From Marispirochaeta sp. (GTDB lineage: Bacteria; Spirochaetota; Spirochaetia; JC444; Marispirochaetaceae): 64,000 bases of DNA. The stretch's first letter is position 1. Each line of letters starts with the position of its first letter. The notes beneath the pieces were generated by a model, which had not been told where the DNA came from, made no database searches, and worked only from the letters and a program-made list of their open reading frames with translations. The stretch spans positions 832,001-896,000 of the forward strand of contig CAXXFF010000002.1 of the NCBI GenBank assembly GCA_963676835.2, given 5' to 3'. Below, one piece after another: positions 10,386-19,929 of the stretch. The translations under genes were made by a program, and so were the position numbers.

Positions 10386-11251
10386 AATTTCTCCCTGTGT
10401 CCCAGTATATCAGAAAGTATTACCCCGCCCAGAATCATTGCGGTACCGAGCCAGTCCAGAGGATCCATGTATTCACCCAGAAGCAGAATTCCCAGAAGTA
10501 TTGCAAAAACAGGCTCCATGGCATAGATGATAACCGCTTTTACCGGCGTTACATCCTTCTGAAAGCGGTTCATGAGCAGAAGGCTGATCAGGGTTCCGGG
10601 AAGGATAAGATAGATCAGGGGCCAGAAGATATGAGGGCCCATCTGAAGGACAGGATGTTCCCACAGAAAAGATGCGGACAGACTCAGCACTGCGGTAATA
10701 AAAAACTGCACCAGGGTAAGCAGTGTCAGATCTCCTTTGCGGGTAAAAATATCCAGAAAAATGATAAAGAAGGTGAAAGAAACGGCACTTCCCAGGGCAA
10801 GCAGGTCTCCCGGGTTCAGGGCTTCGCCGGAAAGGGCGGACCGATTAAGCAGGGCCAGGCCTGCAATTACTACAGCCAGCCCCAGAATATTGCCCCGGTG
10901 GAGTGCCTTGCCGGTAAACGGCCGCTGCAGAAAGGGTACCAGCAGGGCGAAAAAATAGGTTATCAGGGCGGAGCGTCCGGCAGCGGTAAACTGCAGGCTT
11001 ATGTTCTGGAATCCATACCCGCCGGTAACGACTATGCCCAGGAGCAGCCCGTGGAGCAGCAGCGAGGTGGACAGATTTTTAAGCTTTTTTATTGAAATGG
11101 CCAGAAGAAAAGGCAGGGACAGGGCAAAGCGCAGTCCAAGGAGCAGCAAGGGAGGTATTCCCTGAAGGGCCATTTTTGTTGCTATGAATGTTCCGCCCCA
11201 GAAGAAGGTTACAAGCAGGAGAAAGAGTTCGGACCGTGAAGCGGGTTTCAT
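10382..11251 (-). CDS. DMT/EamA family transporter
   Basis: WGGTF, about 10 TM segments, EPVFA...LLGE. Confidence 0.9.
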   Translation of the reverse strand: MKPASRSELFLLLVTFFWGGTFIATKMALQGIPPLLLLGLRFALSLPFLLAISIKKLKNLSTSLLLHGLLLGIVVTGGYGFQNISLQFTAAGRSALITYFFALLVPFLQRPFTGKALHRGNILGLAVVIAGLALLNRSALSGEALNPGDLLALGSAVSFTFFIIFLDIFTRKGDLTLLTLVQFFITAVLSLSASFLWEHPVLQMGPHIFWPLIYLILPGTLISLLLMNRFQKDVTPVKAVIIYAMEPVFAILLGILLLGEYMDPLDWLGTAMILGGVILSDILGHREKL

Positions 11252-11326
11252 GGGGAAAGGGTATACCCCGGCAGGCGGTCTTGCAATACCATCATGCCGG
11301 GGGGGGATAAGTGTTGTCGGAGTTTT

Positions 11327-12253
11327 TCAGTCTTGGCTCAGTTGAGCGGTAAAGAAATCGAGGATGATTTTTTTTGTCTCGTCCTGAAAAAATTCCCGGG
11401 TGCCGTGACCGCCGTTCTTAATGCAGTAAAGATCTACCCGGTCTTCCATTCCTGCCGCGGCAATGGCGTCATAAAAATCATCACTCTGTGAGTAGGGTAC
11501 CAGCGGGTCCTGATCTCCATGGAGGATGATCATAGGGCACATTGCCGGGTTTATATACTCCATAGGGCTGGCAACCTTGAGTCTTTCCATCATGTCCGGC
11601 ACATCCCCGCCCACCAGTGCGCCGCCATGACTTTCTCCCGGGGTTTTCCAGCGGTGGTTCGGATTGTTTTTCATGTCTTCAATCTCTTTTTCCATAAGCT
11701 TTACCAGATCGGCCGGGCCGAAGAGGTTGCAGCAGGCCTGTACCCGGGAGGAGTAGTCTTTCCATTCGCTGCCGATGTTGTCATCCAGGTTCATTGCTGC
11801 AATTGAGGAGAGGTGTCCCCCGGCGGAGCGGCCGATAACGCCGATTTTATCAGGATCTATCAGGTATTCATCCGCATGGGCCCGTAAAAATCGGATAGCA
11901 GTTTTTACGTCGATTATCTGATCCGGATAGTGCCCCTCGGCACTGCTGCGGTAATAAATGGAGGCAACAACAAAGCCTGCTTCCGCCAGAAACTGCATCT
12001 CAGACACCATGAGGTTTTTATCGCAGCCCCGGAATCCTCCTCCGGGAATCCAGACTATACAGGGCTTTTTATCAAGTACTTCCTCGTCATTCATGCCGGC
12101 GGCAAGCCGCATTTCGCTGTTGCCGTTCTGCACCATAATGGACATAAGCAGGTCCATGGGCTTTCCTTTCAGATCTGCGACCTGCGAATAACAGATATTA
12201 TCCAGGAAGTTTATGCTGCGGCGCTCTTTACCGGGGTCAATTATAGTTTTCAT
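11327..12253 (-). CDS. Alpha/beta hydrolase (carboxylesterase)
   Basis: IPGGG, nucleophile GRSAGG, HGDQDPLV, GGHG; start ATG 12253 overlaps the upstream stop (ATGA). Confidence 0.9.
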   Translation of the reverse strand: MKTIIDPGKERRSINFLDNICYSQVADLKGKPMDLLMSIMVQNGNSEMRLAAGMNDEEVLDKKPCIVWIPGGGFRGCDKNLMVSEMQFLAEAGFVVASIYYRSSAEGHYPDQIIDVKTAIRFLRAHADEYLIDPDKIGVIGRSAGGHLSSIAAMNLDDNIGSEWKDYSSRVQACCNLFGPADLVKLMEKEIEDMKNNPNHRWKTPGESHGGALVGGDVPDMMERLKVASPMEYINPAMCPMIILHGDQDPLVPYSQSDDFYDAIAAAGMEDRVDLYCIKNGGHGTREFFQDETKKIILDFFTAQLSQD

Positions 12254-13182
12254 CGTTGTGTGCTCCGCTTCTTCTTGAGTTGATCGATAACAAACTGCTG
12301 GGATGCTTCCCATTCATCCTGCATGCGGACGGTAAATCCGTGGCAGCTTCGGGTAAATCGTTTCATTGTTGTCGTTATACCACTGCTCACAAGTCTGAGT
12401 CCGAAAGCTTCAGCTTCGTCCCGGAGGCTGTCTTTTCCTCCGGTGACAATCAGGGTTTCAGGGAGTTTTGCTGCTACCGCGTCATTGGCTGCAGCAGGAG
12501 AGATGTAGGGCGATGCAGTCAGGGATTCGTCTCCATCGGTATAGAGCACAGAAAAGGCTCTGTATCTTTCAGCCGTCTCTTCGGTAAGCTCATGGCCGGT
12601 GGATTTCTTTACAGGATCAGTTACAAAGTCCAGGGCCGGATATTCAAGGATTTGCATCCGCAGCTTGAAGTCGCCGGTCTCGACTGCCTTTATCGCAATG
12701 GCAGCGGTAAGGTTGCCTCCGGCGCTCTGTCCGCCCATGGAGATCTGTTCGGGATCTACTCCAAGCTCACCGGAGTTCTGAAAGACCCAGCGGGCTACGG
12801 CATAGCATTGTTCGAAGGCGGCCGGAAAGGGGTGCATCGGTGTAAGGGCGTAATCAATGTCTACTACTATTCCTTCTGTTTCCGCGGCAATGCGTGCACA
12901 GTAGAGGTCATCATCTTCGGAATGGCCGTAGTAGAAACCGCCTCCATGAATGTTGATATGAACCGGACGGGGCTGAGGCCCGTTTCCTGCTTCTGAAATA
13001 TAGCAGCTTACCGGTTCGGCCTGCTCCGGAACGGGAATCTCTACAACCCGGCGCTTTACTTTTTTGAGGTAGGCACGGTAGTAATCCGGCACATTGCGGG
13101 TGCGGGCAACTTTATCTCTGAACCCTTTTGTGTTGTTCAGAATATTTTCAAGGCGGTCTGTTTCTCTCTTTGTTAATGCCAT
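12250..13182 (-). CDS. HSL-family alpha/beta hydrolase (esterase)
   Basis: HGGGF, GQSAGG, DSLRDE, HGF. Confidence 0.92.
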   Translation of the reverse strand: MALTKRETDRLENILNNTKGFRDKVARTRNVPDYYRAYLKKVKRRVVEIPVPEQAEPVSCYISEAGNGPQPRPVHINIHGGGFYYGHSEDDDLYCARIAAETEGIVVDIDYALTPMHPFPAAFEQCYAVARWVFQNSGELGVDPEQISMGGQSAGGNLTAAIAIKAVETGDFKLRMQILEYPALDFVTDPVKKSTGHELTEETAERYRAFSVLYTDGDESLTASPYISPAAANDAVAAKLPETLIVTGGKDSLRDEAEAFGLRLVSSGITTTMKRFTRSCHGFTVRMQDEWEASQQFVIDQLKKKRSTQR

Positions 13183-13204
13183 GTATCGTTCTTCTCTGCC
13201 TGTT

Positions 13205-13735
13205 CTATCTGACAATCCAGGCATCATAGATAACGCCGGGTATTTTCTGGGAAATTACACAGCCGAAGGCGACTACGTTATTTATCCACAGATATTTTTC
13301 AGCTGAGGTTTCAAAGTAGAGGTGCTGCTTGAAGTAGTATTCCTCGGGATTAACCGGCTCTCGGGCTGTTCTGCGGCTGAGAACCTCCTCGGTCTGGGTG
13401 GCATATCCCCGGGTGGAAAGACTGATGATTGCATCATCATCGGTCTGAAGAATATAGCGGGTATCAATATGCTTGGTTGTCGGTGTCTGATGGCTGGTGG
13501 TATTCCAGTCGGCACCTATGGGCAGGACGGTGCCTTTAATCCGGGGGCCTTCGAAGCTTCCTCCGGTAATGGGGATTATCTTTAGAAAGCCGCCTTCCAC
13601 AGTTCCCACTTCGATAGGCTGGGATACTTCTGCAATAAGGCGGTAGAGAAATTCCAGTTTCGGTTCCGGCGGGGTAAATCCGTTTCCAAGCTCTTTGGTA
13701 AGCTGTGCAAAATCCGGTGTAAGTTCAGGTTTCAT
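13205..13735 (-). CDS. DUF3237 family protein
   Basis: IIPITGGSFEGPRIKGTVLPIGADW, RYILQTDD, YFET...YLWIN. Confidence 0.88.
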   Translation of the reverse strand: MKPELTPDFAQLTKELGNGFTPPEPKLEFLYRLIAEVSQPIEVGTVEGGFLKIIPITGGSFEGPRIKGTVLPIGADWNTTSHQTPTTKHIDTRYILQTDDDAIISLSTRGYATQTEEVLSRRTAREPVNPEEYYFKQHLYFETSAEKYLWINNVVAFGCVISQKIPGVIYDAWIVR

Positions 13736-14559
13736 TATTTAAGCTCCGTGGTGGCAAAAATCTCTTTGATCATGCCGATGCGCTTGTCTATCATTGCAGG
13801 CCAGACCGCTTTATCTAGAAAGGGGTTGAAGTCTTCTGTTATAGACGGGACTTTGGGAAGCATATCAGTCTGACCGGGGTGGGATCCCAGGGTAATATCC
13901 ACCGGAAAATCCCTGACTTTCAGCATGCTGTTCAGATAGTCCTCTCTTGTAGACAGGGGAAGGTTGAACTCCTGAATAAAATCATCGCTGAGGGTATTAA
14001 CTCCAACCCCGCCGTGAAGTCCGCAGCGGTGTATAGTTCTGTCTTTTTCGGTAACGTTAAAAAAGAAAGAGGTTGTTCCAGGGGTATGTCCCGGGGTGTG
14101 AACAGTATCTATCTGCATATCTCCCAGTATTATTGGGCTGGTGTCAGAATAGAAAGCATCCGGCTCCAGGCCTCCGTAGGGATACTTTTCCGTAAGCACC
14201 ATTTCCGGCCGTTCTGTAATAAAGTCGTAATCCTCTTTACCCATATAGAGCTTTGCTCCGCTCAGTTCAATGACCGGCCGGACTCCGCCACAATGGTCGT
14301 AGTGCGCATGGGAAAGGAGCAGGAGTTTTATGTCGTGCGGGTCAAAGCCTGCTGCGCGGATGCTCTCAAACACCAGATAGATCTGGGGCTGCATGGTGGC
14401 ATCGATCAGGATCAGGCCCTCGGATGTTTCGATAAGGTAGGCTCCCACCCAGCTGTTGCCCACGTACCAGGTTTTCGGGGCAACCCGGAAAGGTTCTACT
14501 GCGGTTTCCCAGGGGCGTTCGCAGCCCTGTATGAGGAGGTCGTAGGGGTTTTGGCTCAT
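13735..14559 (-). CDS. MBL-fold metallo-hydrolase (B3-like, cytoplasmic)
   Basis: EPFRV...YVG, LID, SHAHYDH, TPGHTPG, GSHP; no signal peptide. Confidence 0.9.
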   Translation of the reverse strand: MSQNPYDLLIQGCERPWETAVEPFRVAPKTWYVGNSWVGAYLIETSEGLILIDATMQPQIYLVFESIRAAGFDPHDIKLLLLSHAHYDHCGGVRPVIELSGAKLYMGKEDYDFITERPEMVLTEKYPYGGLEPDAFYSDTSPIILGDMQIDTVHTPGHTPGTTSFFFNVTEKDRTIHRCGLHGGVGVNTLSDDFIQEFNLPLSTREDYLNSMLKVRDFPVDITLGSHPGQTDMLPKVPSITEDFNPFLDKAVWPAMIDKRIGMIKEIFATTELK

Positions 14560-14624
14560 ATATGCATCCTTTTTATATGTAGAGGCGTTCTGATAGAACG
14601 CCTTTACGGGTATCTCGCTCGGCT

Positions 14625-14690
14625 ATTGTGGAGGCGCCCATTGTCGAGGCGCCCATTGTCGAGGCGCCCTATTAGGGCGCCTGTACAATG
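14625..14690. repeat. 3x15-bp tandem repeat ending in a hairpin
   Basis: ATTGT(G/C)GAGGCGCCC at 14625, 14640, 14655, then complementary AGGGCGCCT..ACAATG. Confidence 0.9.
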
Positions 14691-14697
14691 GGGGGGG

Positions 14698-15675
14698 CTA
14701 TCTCAGGCCCAGCATCTTGGTTGTGTCGCCGATTTTTTTGTCGCCGTCTTTCAGGCGCTGGCGGCTTTCGTCGAATCCCATATAGGTAAGGGGCATGCGC
14801 ATTTTAGCGAATTGGGCGCTTACGTCAGGGTTGGCAAGTACTTCCTTGAAGGCTGCGTTGATCTGCTGTGCGATGGCGGGATCCATCTCTTTGGGTCCGA
14901 GGATGAAGAAGTCGAGGCCGTAAACAGCACTTTTGTAGCCAAGTTCGGCAAGGGAGGGGATGTCCGCTGCTCCGGGATCCCGGTCGGGCATGCCTGCGAT
15001 GGTTGCGAGGATTTTCATTTTGCCTGCTTCCAGATACTGGAGGGCGCCGGGGGTGTTGATGAATGCTGCATCAATCTGGCCGCCCTGTACGGCTACCAGT
15101 TTGTCCGCATCTGAGCCTGCTTCAACAACACGGAACTGTGAACCGCTGTCTTTGGCGAGCAGTCCTGCCATGAAGTGGGAGGAGCCTTTCAGCTGTACAC
15201 CCAGGGTTACCTTGTCGGGGTTTGCCTTGCTTGCTGCAATCAGTTCTTCCACAGAGTTGTAGGGTGAGTCCGGGCCGACGCAGAGTGAGTAGCTTCCGCC
15301 TACGGGCATGAGCACGCAGGTGGTAAACTCGTCTACCGGGGATTTGTCGTAGAGGCCTGCGTAATAGCTTGCCAGCAGGCTGGTGTGGTAGAAGAGAATG
15401 GTGCTGCCGTCGGGCTTGGCTGTCCGCACCTGTTCTGCTGCTACACTTCCGCCGCCGGCGGGCTGGTTGACGACTACAAAGGGTTTTCCCATCTGTTCCT
15501 GGAGGGCTTTGGAAATAATGCGGGCGGCAGCATCGGTTCCGCCGCCGGCTTTTGCGGGTACTACAAACTGAACGGTGCCTGCGGGCCAGGATGCTTCAGA
15601 TGCTTCGGATTTGCCTTCCGCTATCAAGCCTGCTGCAAGCAGTACCAGTAGGAATGCAATCAGTAATCTTTTCAT
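14698..15675 (-). CDS. tctC: Tripartite tricarboxylate transporter substrate-binding protein
   Basis: Signal peptide; WP...VPAKAGGGTDAAAR, VVNQPAGGG, PDGSTI. Confidence 0.92.
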   Translation of the reverse strand: MKRLLIAFLLVLLAAGLIAEGKSEASEASWPAGTVQFVVPAKAGGGTDAAARIISKALQEQMGKPFVVVNQPAGGGSVAAEQVRTAKPDGSTILFYHTSLLASYYAGLYDKSPVDEFTTCVLMPVGGSYSLCVGPDSPYNSVEELIAASKANPDKVTLGVQLKGSSHFMAGLLAKDSGSQFRVVEAGSDADKLVAVQGGQIDAAFINTPGALQYLEAGKMKILATIAGMPDRDPGAADIPSLAELGYKSAVYGLDFFILGPKEMDPAIAQQINAAFKEVLANPDVSAQFAKMRMPLTYMGFDESRQRLKDGDKKIGDTTKMLGLR

Positions 15676-15720
15676 AAAATCTCCTTATTAGTGAAACTAT
15701 CCGCATCAACGATGCGGTAT

Positions 15721-17220
15721 TTAGCTGTTAACCTGTTTTGCTTTTTTTGCCCGGAGGTAGTCTTTTACATATGGCCAGACTATGCTGAATACTGCTGCAG
15801 CAAGGAGCAGTCCCGAAATAGGCCGGGTAAAGAAGGGCATGACTCCCTGATCGGTATAAGTAAAACCTTTACGCATATTGGATTCCAGCATGGGGCCCAG
15901 AATAAAACTGAGAATGAACGGGCTTGTGGGCAGTTTGACCATGTCCATCAAAAACCCCAGAGCGGCAAAGCTTAAGAGCAGGACAAAGTTGAAGGTTGTG
16001 CTGGAGCTTACATAGACGCCCACATATCCCAGCACAATAATTGCAGGGTAGAGGTAGTGGTATGGGATTTTCAGAATCATGGGGAAAAGCCTCATGCCGA
16101 AGAACTGCTGAAGCAGCACCAGCACTGCGGAGAAGAGTGCCGTTGCAAAAAGGATAAAGACTATGTCCGGGTTATTGGTAAACAGCAGAGGTCCCGGCTG
16201 TATACCGTGGATCATCAATCCTCCAAGAAGAATTGCCGTGGTGCCGTCGCCGGGTATACCCAGAGCGACCATGGGTATCAGTGATCCGCCGACGGATGCA
16301 TTGTTGGATATTTCCGAGGCAAAAACACCGTCAACACAGCCGGTACCGAATTTCTCCGGATGCTTTGAGCTGCTCTTGGCCTGTGCATAGGCGACCATAT
16401 TGGAAAGTGCTGCTCCCATACCTGGAAGGAAACCGATCCAGAGGCCGATAAAGAATGACCGTATCAGATTGACCGCGTTGTCCAGATACTCTTTCAGGGT
16501 TACACCGAATCCTGAGATATTCTTCATGTCCACCGGAGGCAGTTCTTCCTGTCCCCTGGCGTAGTCTGTAACAATCTGTTTGATGGCAAACAAACCGAGC
16601 ATAAGGGATATAAGGTCGAATCCGCCGTTGAGAAAGTAGTTACCGAAGGCAAAGCGGGGGTAGCCGTCTATGGGGGCAAAGCCCACGGAGCTCAACAACA
16701 GTCCGATAGCCGCAGCGGCGAGTCCCTTGAAGACGCTTTCTCTGGAAAGGGCTGCAACCAGAGAAATAGCGCAGAATCCCAACGAGAAGTATTCCCAGGG
16801 GCCCAGCTTAAGAGCGAGATCTGCTATAACCGGGCTTAAGAATGTGGCAATAAGGATACTGAAGAAAGTTCCCATAAATGATGCGGTAATCGCCGCACCC
16901 AGGGCCTTTACAGCCTGGCCGTTTTTGGTCATGGGGTAGCCGTCAAAGCAGGTTGCAATTGCCGAGGGTGATCCGGGGATTCCCAGCAGAATTGAGCCGA
17001 CCATGGCGCCGGATACTCCACCGACCCAGATGGCTATGAGCATGGCAAGTCCCATATGGGGATCCATGCCGAAGGTTACCGGAAGAAGGAGGGCAACACC
17101 CAGACCGCCGCTTAAGCCGGGAATGGCTCCCAGGACAATACCCACCGCACTGGCTACAAAAATGAGTAGAAAGGTGCCGGGACTTAAAAGGGTGAGAAAG
17201 CTGTGAAGAAACATTTCCAT
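15721..17220 (-). CDS. tctA: TTT large permease subunit
   Basis: GAIPGL, IPGSPSAIATCFDGYPM, EISNNA, LGIPGD, GIQPGP. Confidence 0.95.
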   Translation of the reverse strand: MEMFLHSFLTLLSPGTFLLIFVASAVGIVLGAIPGLSGGLGVALLLPVTFGMDPHMGLAMLIAIWVGGVSGAMVGSILLGIPGSPSAIATCFDGYPMTKNGQAVKALGAAITASFMGTFFSILIATFLSPVIADLALKLGPWEYFSLGFCAISLVAALSRESVFKGLAAAAIGLLLSSVGFAPIDGYPRFAFGNYFLNGGFDLISLMLGLFAIKQIVTDYARGQEELPPVDMKNISGFGVTLKEYLDNAVNLIRSFFIGLWIGFLPGMGAALSNMVAYAQAKSSSKHPEKFGTGCVDGVFASEISNNASVGGSLIPMVALGIPGDGTTAILLGGLMIHGIQPGPLLFTNNPDIVFILFATALFSAVLVLLQQFFGMRLFPMILKIPYHYLYPAIIVLGYVGVYVSSSTTFNFVLLLSFAALGFLMDMVKLPTSPFILSFILGPMLESNMRKGFTYTDQGVMPFFTRPISGLLLAAAVFSIVWPYVKDYLRAKKAKQVNS

Positions 17221-17236
17221 TACATAAGCTCCTTGA

Positions 17237-17692
17237 TTAAAAAATCATTCCCGGCGGGAGAAAGGAATTCAGTACCTTGCCGAAGACAAAATAGACCGAG
17301 CCGAAGGTGATGAGAGAGTAGATAATTCCCCGGACAATGCGGGTCTTTTCCGGGCCGGCAATCTGCCGGTAGAAGAAAAAGACCATGATCGGGGTTGCTA
17401 TGTAAAAGCCGATAATTTTCAGGGCCAGGGCATACAATATAAAAAGTGCGGTCATCTTGGCCGCGCGGATCCATCCTTCTTTTGTGAGAAAGGGGCCGCT
17501 TTTTTCAGTTTGTTTTTGAGGGCTGAGAATAAGGCCCAGGCCGCTGATGAGCAGCAGGATACTTCCCAGGTAGGGGAAAACCCTGGGGCCGGGGTCGTCG
17601 GTAAAGGTCTGAACCGGAATCTGCATGGTCATAAGCACGCCGATTATTCCGAGGGCAAGAATAAGAATGCCCAATTGTCTGTTGTTTTTCAT
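17237..17692 (-). CDS. tctB: TTT small permease subunit
   Basis: Four TM segments, PGPRVFP, C-terminal LPPG; start moved to MKNNRQ. Confidence 0.85.
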   Translation of the reverse strand: MKNNRQLGILILALGIIGVLMTMQIPVQTFTDDPGPRVFPYLGSILLLISGLGLILSPQKQTEKSGPFLTKEGWIRAAKMTALFILYALALKIIGFYIATPIMVFFFYRQIAGPEKTRIVRGIIYSLITFGSVYFVFGKVLNSFLPPGMIF

Positions 17693-17721
17693 GGTTAATC
17701 CCTGTTTAACAGAAAAAGTGT

Positions 17722-17754
17722 AAAAACAGTCCCGGACGGATACCGGGACTGTTT
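17722..17754 (-). terminator. Intra-operon hairpin after first tctC
   Basis: AAACAGTCCCGG/CCGGGACTGTTT stem with T-tract on the minus strand. Confidence 0.65.
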
Positions 17755-17768
17755 CTTTTTTCAGGATG

Positions 17769-18743
17769 TTATTTCGCCAGGCCGAGGTTTTCGGCAAGGG
17801 CTTTTATTTTTGCATCTTCTTTCTGGAGAAGTTCCTGCGCCTCTGCAACGGTCATGTATTTGTAGGCGCTGGACATCTTGGTCAGCTGTTCCTGAACCTT
17901 GGCATCAGTTGCCATGTTCTTTGTTGCAGCATTGATTTTCTCAACCAGGGCCGGGTCCATGCCTTTTGGACCGAAAACAACCAGGGGTGAGTACCAGGAT
18001 ACATTTACTCCCTGATCAAGGGCCGGGGTAAATTCGGGGTGAGCAGGGTCTGGAGTGGGGTCAATGAGACAGAGAACCTTCATTTTGCCGGCTTCCACGT
18101 ACTGAGCTGCAGAGCTTGATCCCAGGTTTCCGATATCGATGTGTCCGCCCTGAATGGCTGCAACCTTATCAACTTCAGAAGCCGCTTCAACCAGCTTGAG
18201 ATCAACATTTTCGTTCATCATAATGGTTCCGGCAATAAAGTGGGTTGCGCCGCCAAGGGCTGTTCCCACGGTCAGCTTACCGGGATTTTTCCGCGCATCT
18301 TCTACAAAGTCTTTCATGGTATCCCATGGTGCATCCGGGGCAACTGCATACACCTGAGGGGGGTAAGCCTGTGCTACGGCAATGGTGGTGAAGTCTTCAA
18401 GGGGATGGTCGTACCGTCCGGTGTGGGCGTAGATAAGCATTCCGGTATGCATGAAGAGCAGAGTCTGGCCGTCTGGTTTTGATGTCCGGACCTGCTCGTA
18501 GGCAACGGTTCCGCCGCCTGAAGGCTGGTTTATAACAACAACGGGGTTATCCAGCTCTCTCTGCAGATAGTCAGAGAAGATCCGGGCCATCAGGTCGGTT
18601 CCGCCGCCTGCCTTGGCTCCAACAACAATCTGCACCGGACCTTTCGGCCACTGTGCGGCTGCATCCTGTTCCGCCTTGCCTTCTGCAAACGCAAAGACAG
18701 CGAGGACAGTAAGACACAGCAGGATAATACCTGTTCTTTTCAT
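17769..18743 (-). CDS. tctC: TTT substrate-binding protein (second paralogue)
   Basis: Signal peptide; WPKGP...GAKAGGGTDLMAR, NQPSGGG, PDGQTL. Confidence 0.92.
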   Translation of the reverse strand: MKRTGIILLCLTVLAVFAFAEGKAEQDAAAQWPKGPVQIVVGAKAGGGTDLMARIFSDYLQRELDNPVVVINQPSGGGTVAYEQVRTSKPDGQTLLFMHTGMLIYAHTGRYDHPLEDFTTIAVAQAYPPQVYAVAPDAPWDTMKDFVEDARKNPGKLTVGTALGGATHFIAGTIMMNENVDLKLVEAASEVDKVAAIQGGHIDIGNLGSSSAAQYVEAGKMKVLCLIDPTPDPAHPEFTPALDQGVNVSWYSPLVVFGPKGMDPALVEKINAATKNMATDAKVQEQLTKMSSAYKYMTVAEAQELLQKEDAKIKALAENLGLAK

Positions 18744-18781
18744 TTTTCCTCCTATTACCTCAGGTAATATTGTTTTTACTT

Positions 18782-19669
18782 TTATCTAAACGCCTCTGAC
18801 AGGGCGTTAATTATCAGATTCTGGGCTTCTTTGTATTCCGCAAGGCAGTGAACAATGAAGCCGTGATCACTTTCGAGAAAACAGCGCATCTTCACCTCAA
18901 CTCCTGCGTTTATCAGCATCAGGCCGTATTTTTCCGCTTCCTCTTTGAGGCAGTCTTTTCCGGCGGTGATAATCAGTGCCGGGGGCAGCCCTTCGAGCAT
19001 ATCCGGAGTAGCACAAACCAGGGAGAAGAAAGGATTTGAATGATCTTCCTCGCCCATATAGAGTTCGGAAAAGGAGCGCATCCGTTCTACCGGAAGCAGG
19101 CTGTGCTCATCCACCTTTTCTGCGGGGTCGGTTACTCCATCCAGAAAAGGGTAGTCCATTACCTGAAGGCAGATGGAAAAATCTTTTGTCTGATTTGCCA
19201 TAAGGGCAATGGCCGCAGTAAAGTTGCCGCCGGCGCTGTGGCCTCCCAGGGCGATTCTGTTTTTATCAACTTTCAGGATGTCTGCATTATCAAAGGCCCA
19301 CTTGGTAACATCGTAGCACTCATTGAGGGCAGTTGGAAAAGGATGTTCCGGGGCAAGGCGGTAATCGATGTCGATGACTTTGCAGTCCAGTCGGTGTGCC
19401 AGGAAGGCTGAGAAGAGGATGTCCCGCCGGTTGTGACCCCGGACAAAACCACCGCCGTGAATGTTGATAAACAGGGGATAGTTTTCTTCGTCAGTGCGGG
19501 GACTGATAATGTTTATCCTGGTACTGCCTTCCCGGGTGGGGACCATATCTTCCCGGCAGTCGACATACTCCATAACCGTTTCCATTTCGGGGGGAGTATT
19601 GGTTTGTACCACAGATGAGCTTCGAAGTTGTTCAGCGAGTTTCAGTTTTTCATCGTATGTTCGAATCAC
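18782..19669 (-). CDS. HSL-family alpha/beta hydrolase (esterase)
   Basis: HGGGF, DYRLAPEHPFP, GHSAGG, DCLKEE, HGF; GTG start behind AAGGAA. Confidence 0.92.
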   Translation of the reverse strand: MIRTYDEKLKLAEQLRSSSVVQTNTPPEMETVMEYVDCREDMVPTREGSTRINIISPRTDEENYPLFINIHGGGFVRGHNRRDILFSAFLAHRLDCKVIDIDYRLAPEHPFPTALNECYDVTKWAFDNADILKVDKNRIALGGHSAGGNFTAAIALMANQTKDFSICLQVMDYPFLDGVTDPAEKVDEHSLLPVERMRSFSELYMGEEDHSNPFFSLVCATPDMLEGLPPALIITAGKDCLKEEAEKYGLMLINAGVEVKMRCFLESDHGFIVHCLAEYKEAQNLIINALSEAFR

Positions 19670-19706
19670 TCTTTCCTTACTCCGGTAGTTTTGCTGATAC
19701 TATTAT

Positions 19707-19722
19707 TGCAAGCTATGTGCCA
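19707..19722 (-). promoter_or_regulatory. Sigma54 -24/-12 promoter of esterase/TTT operon
   Basis: Minus strand TGGCAC-ATAGC-TTGCA, exact consensus and spacing. Confidence 0.92.
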
Positions 19723-19865
19723 AGCATGGTTAACCCGGGAGCTTTCGGGATGATTTTACAGACTATTTTCCGCTAACTAACGGTTTGTTAACATTTTATT
19801 TTCAAGCATGGCTGCTGATGCTCTGTAAGCGTTGCAGAAATAAATCAAACCTCTAAGTGTAAATG

Positions 19866-19911
19866 TGTTGCGAAAGAAATCATATGTTGTAGAATAGCAA
19901 CAAGTGTTGCA
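19866..19911. promoter_or_regulatory. Candidate enhancer (UAS) sites
   Basis: TGTTGCG-AAA-GAAATCA and TGTTG-N8-CAACA, about 150-180 bp upstream of the sigma54 promoter. Confidence 0.6.
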
Positions 19912-19929
19912 TTGGTTCCTGGAGGATAT

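Noticed and set aside
13735..14559. Calling the MBL a beta-lactam resistance gene
   Set aside because: No signal peptide and embedded in a catabolic operon; the fold alone does not show resistance
14625..14669. Possible CRISPR array
   Set aside because: Units are 15 bp, directly adjacent with no spacers, and no cas genes are present
13879..15114. 411-aa plus-strand ORF containing RRPLS repeats
   Set aside because: Antisense to the MBL and tctC genes; the peptide repeat is just the 15-bp DNA repeat
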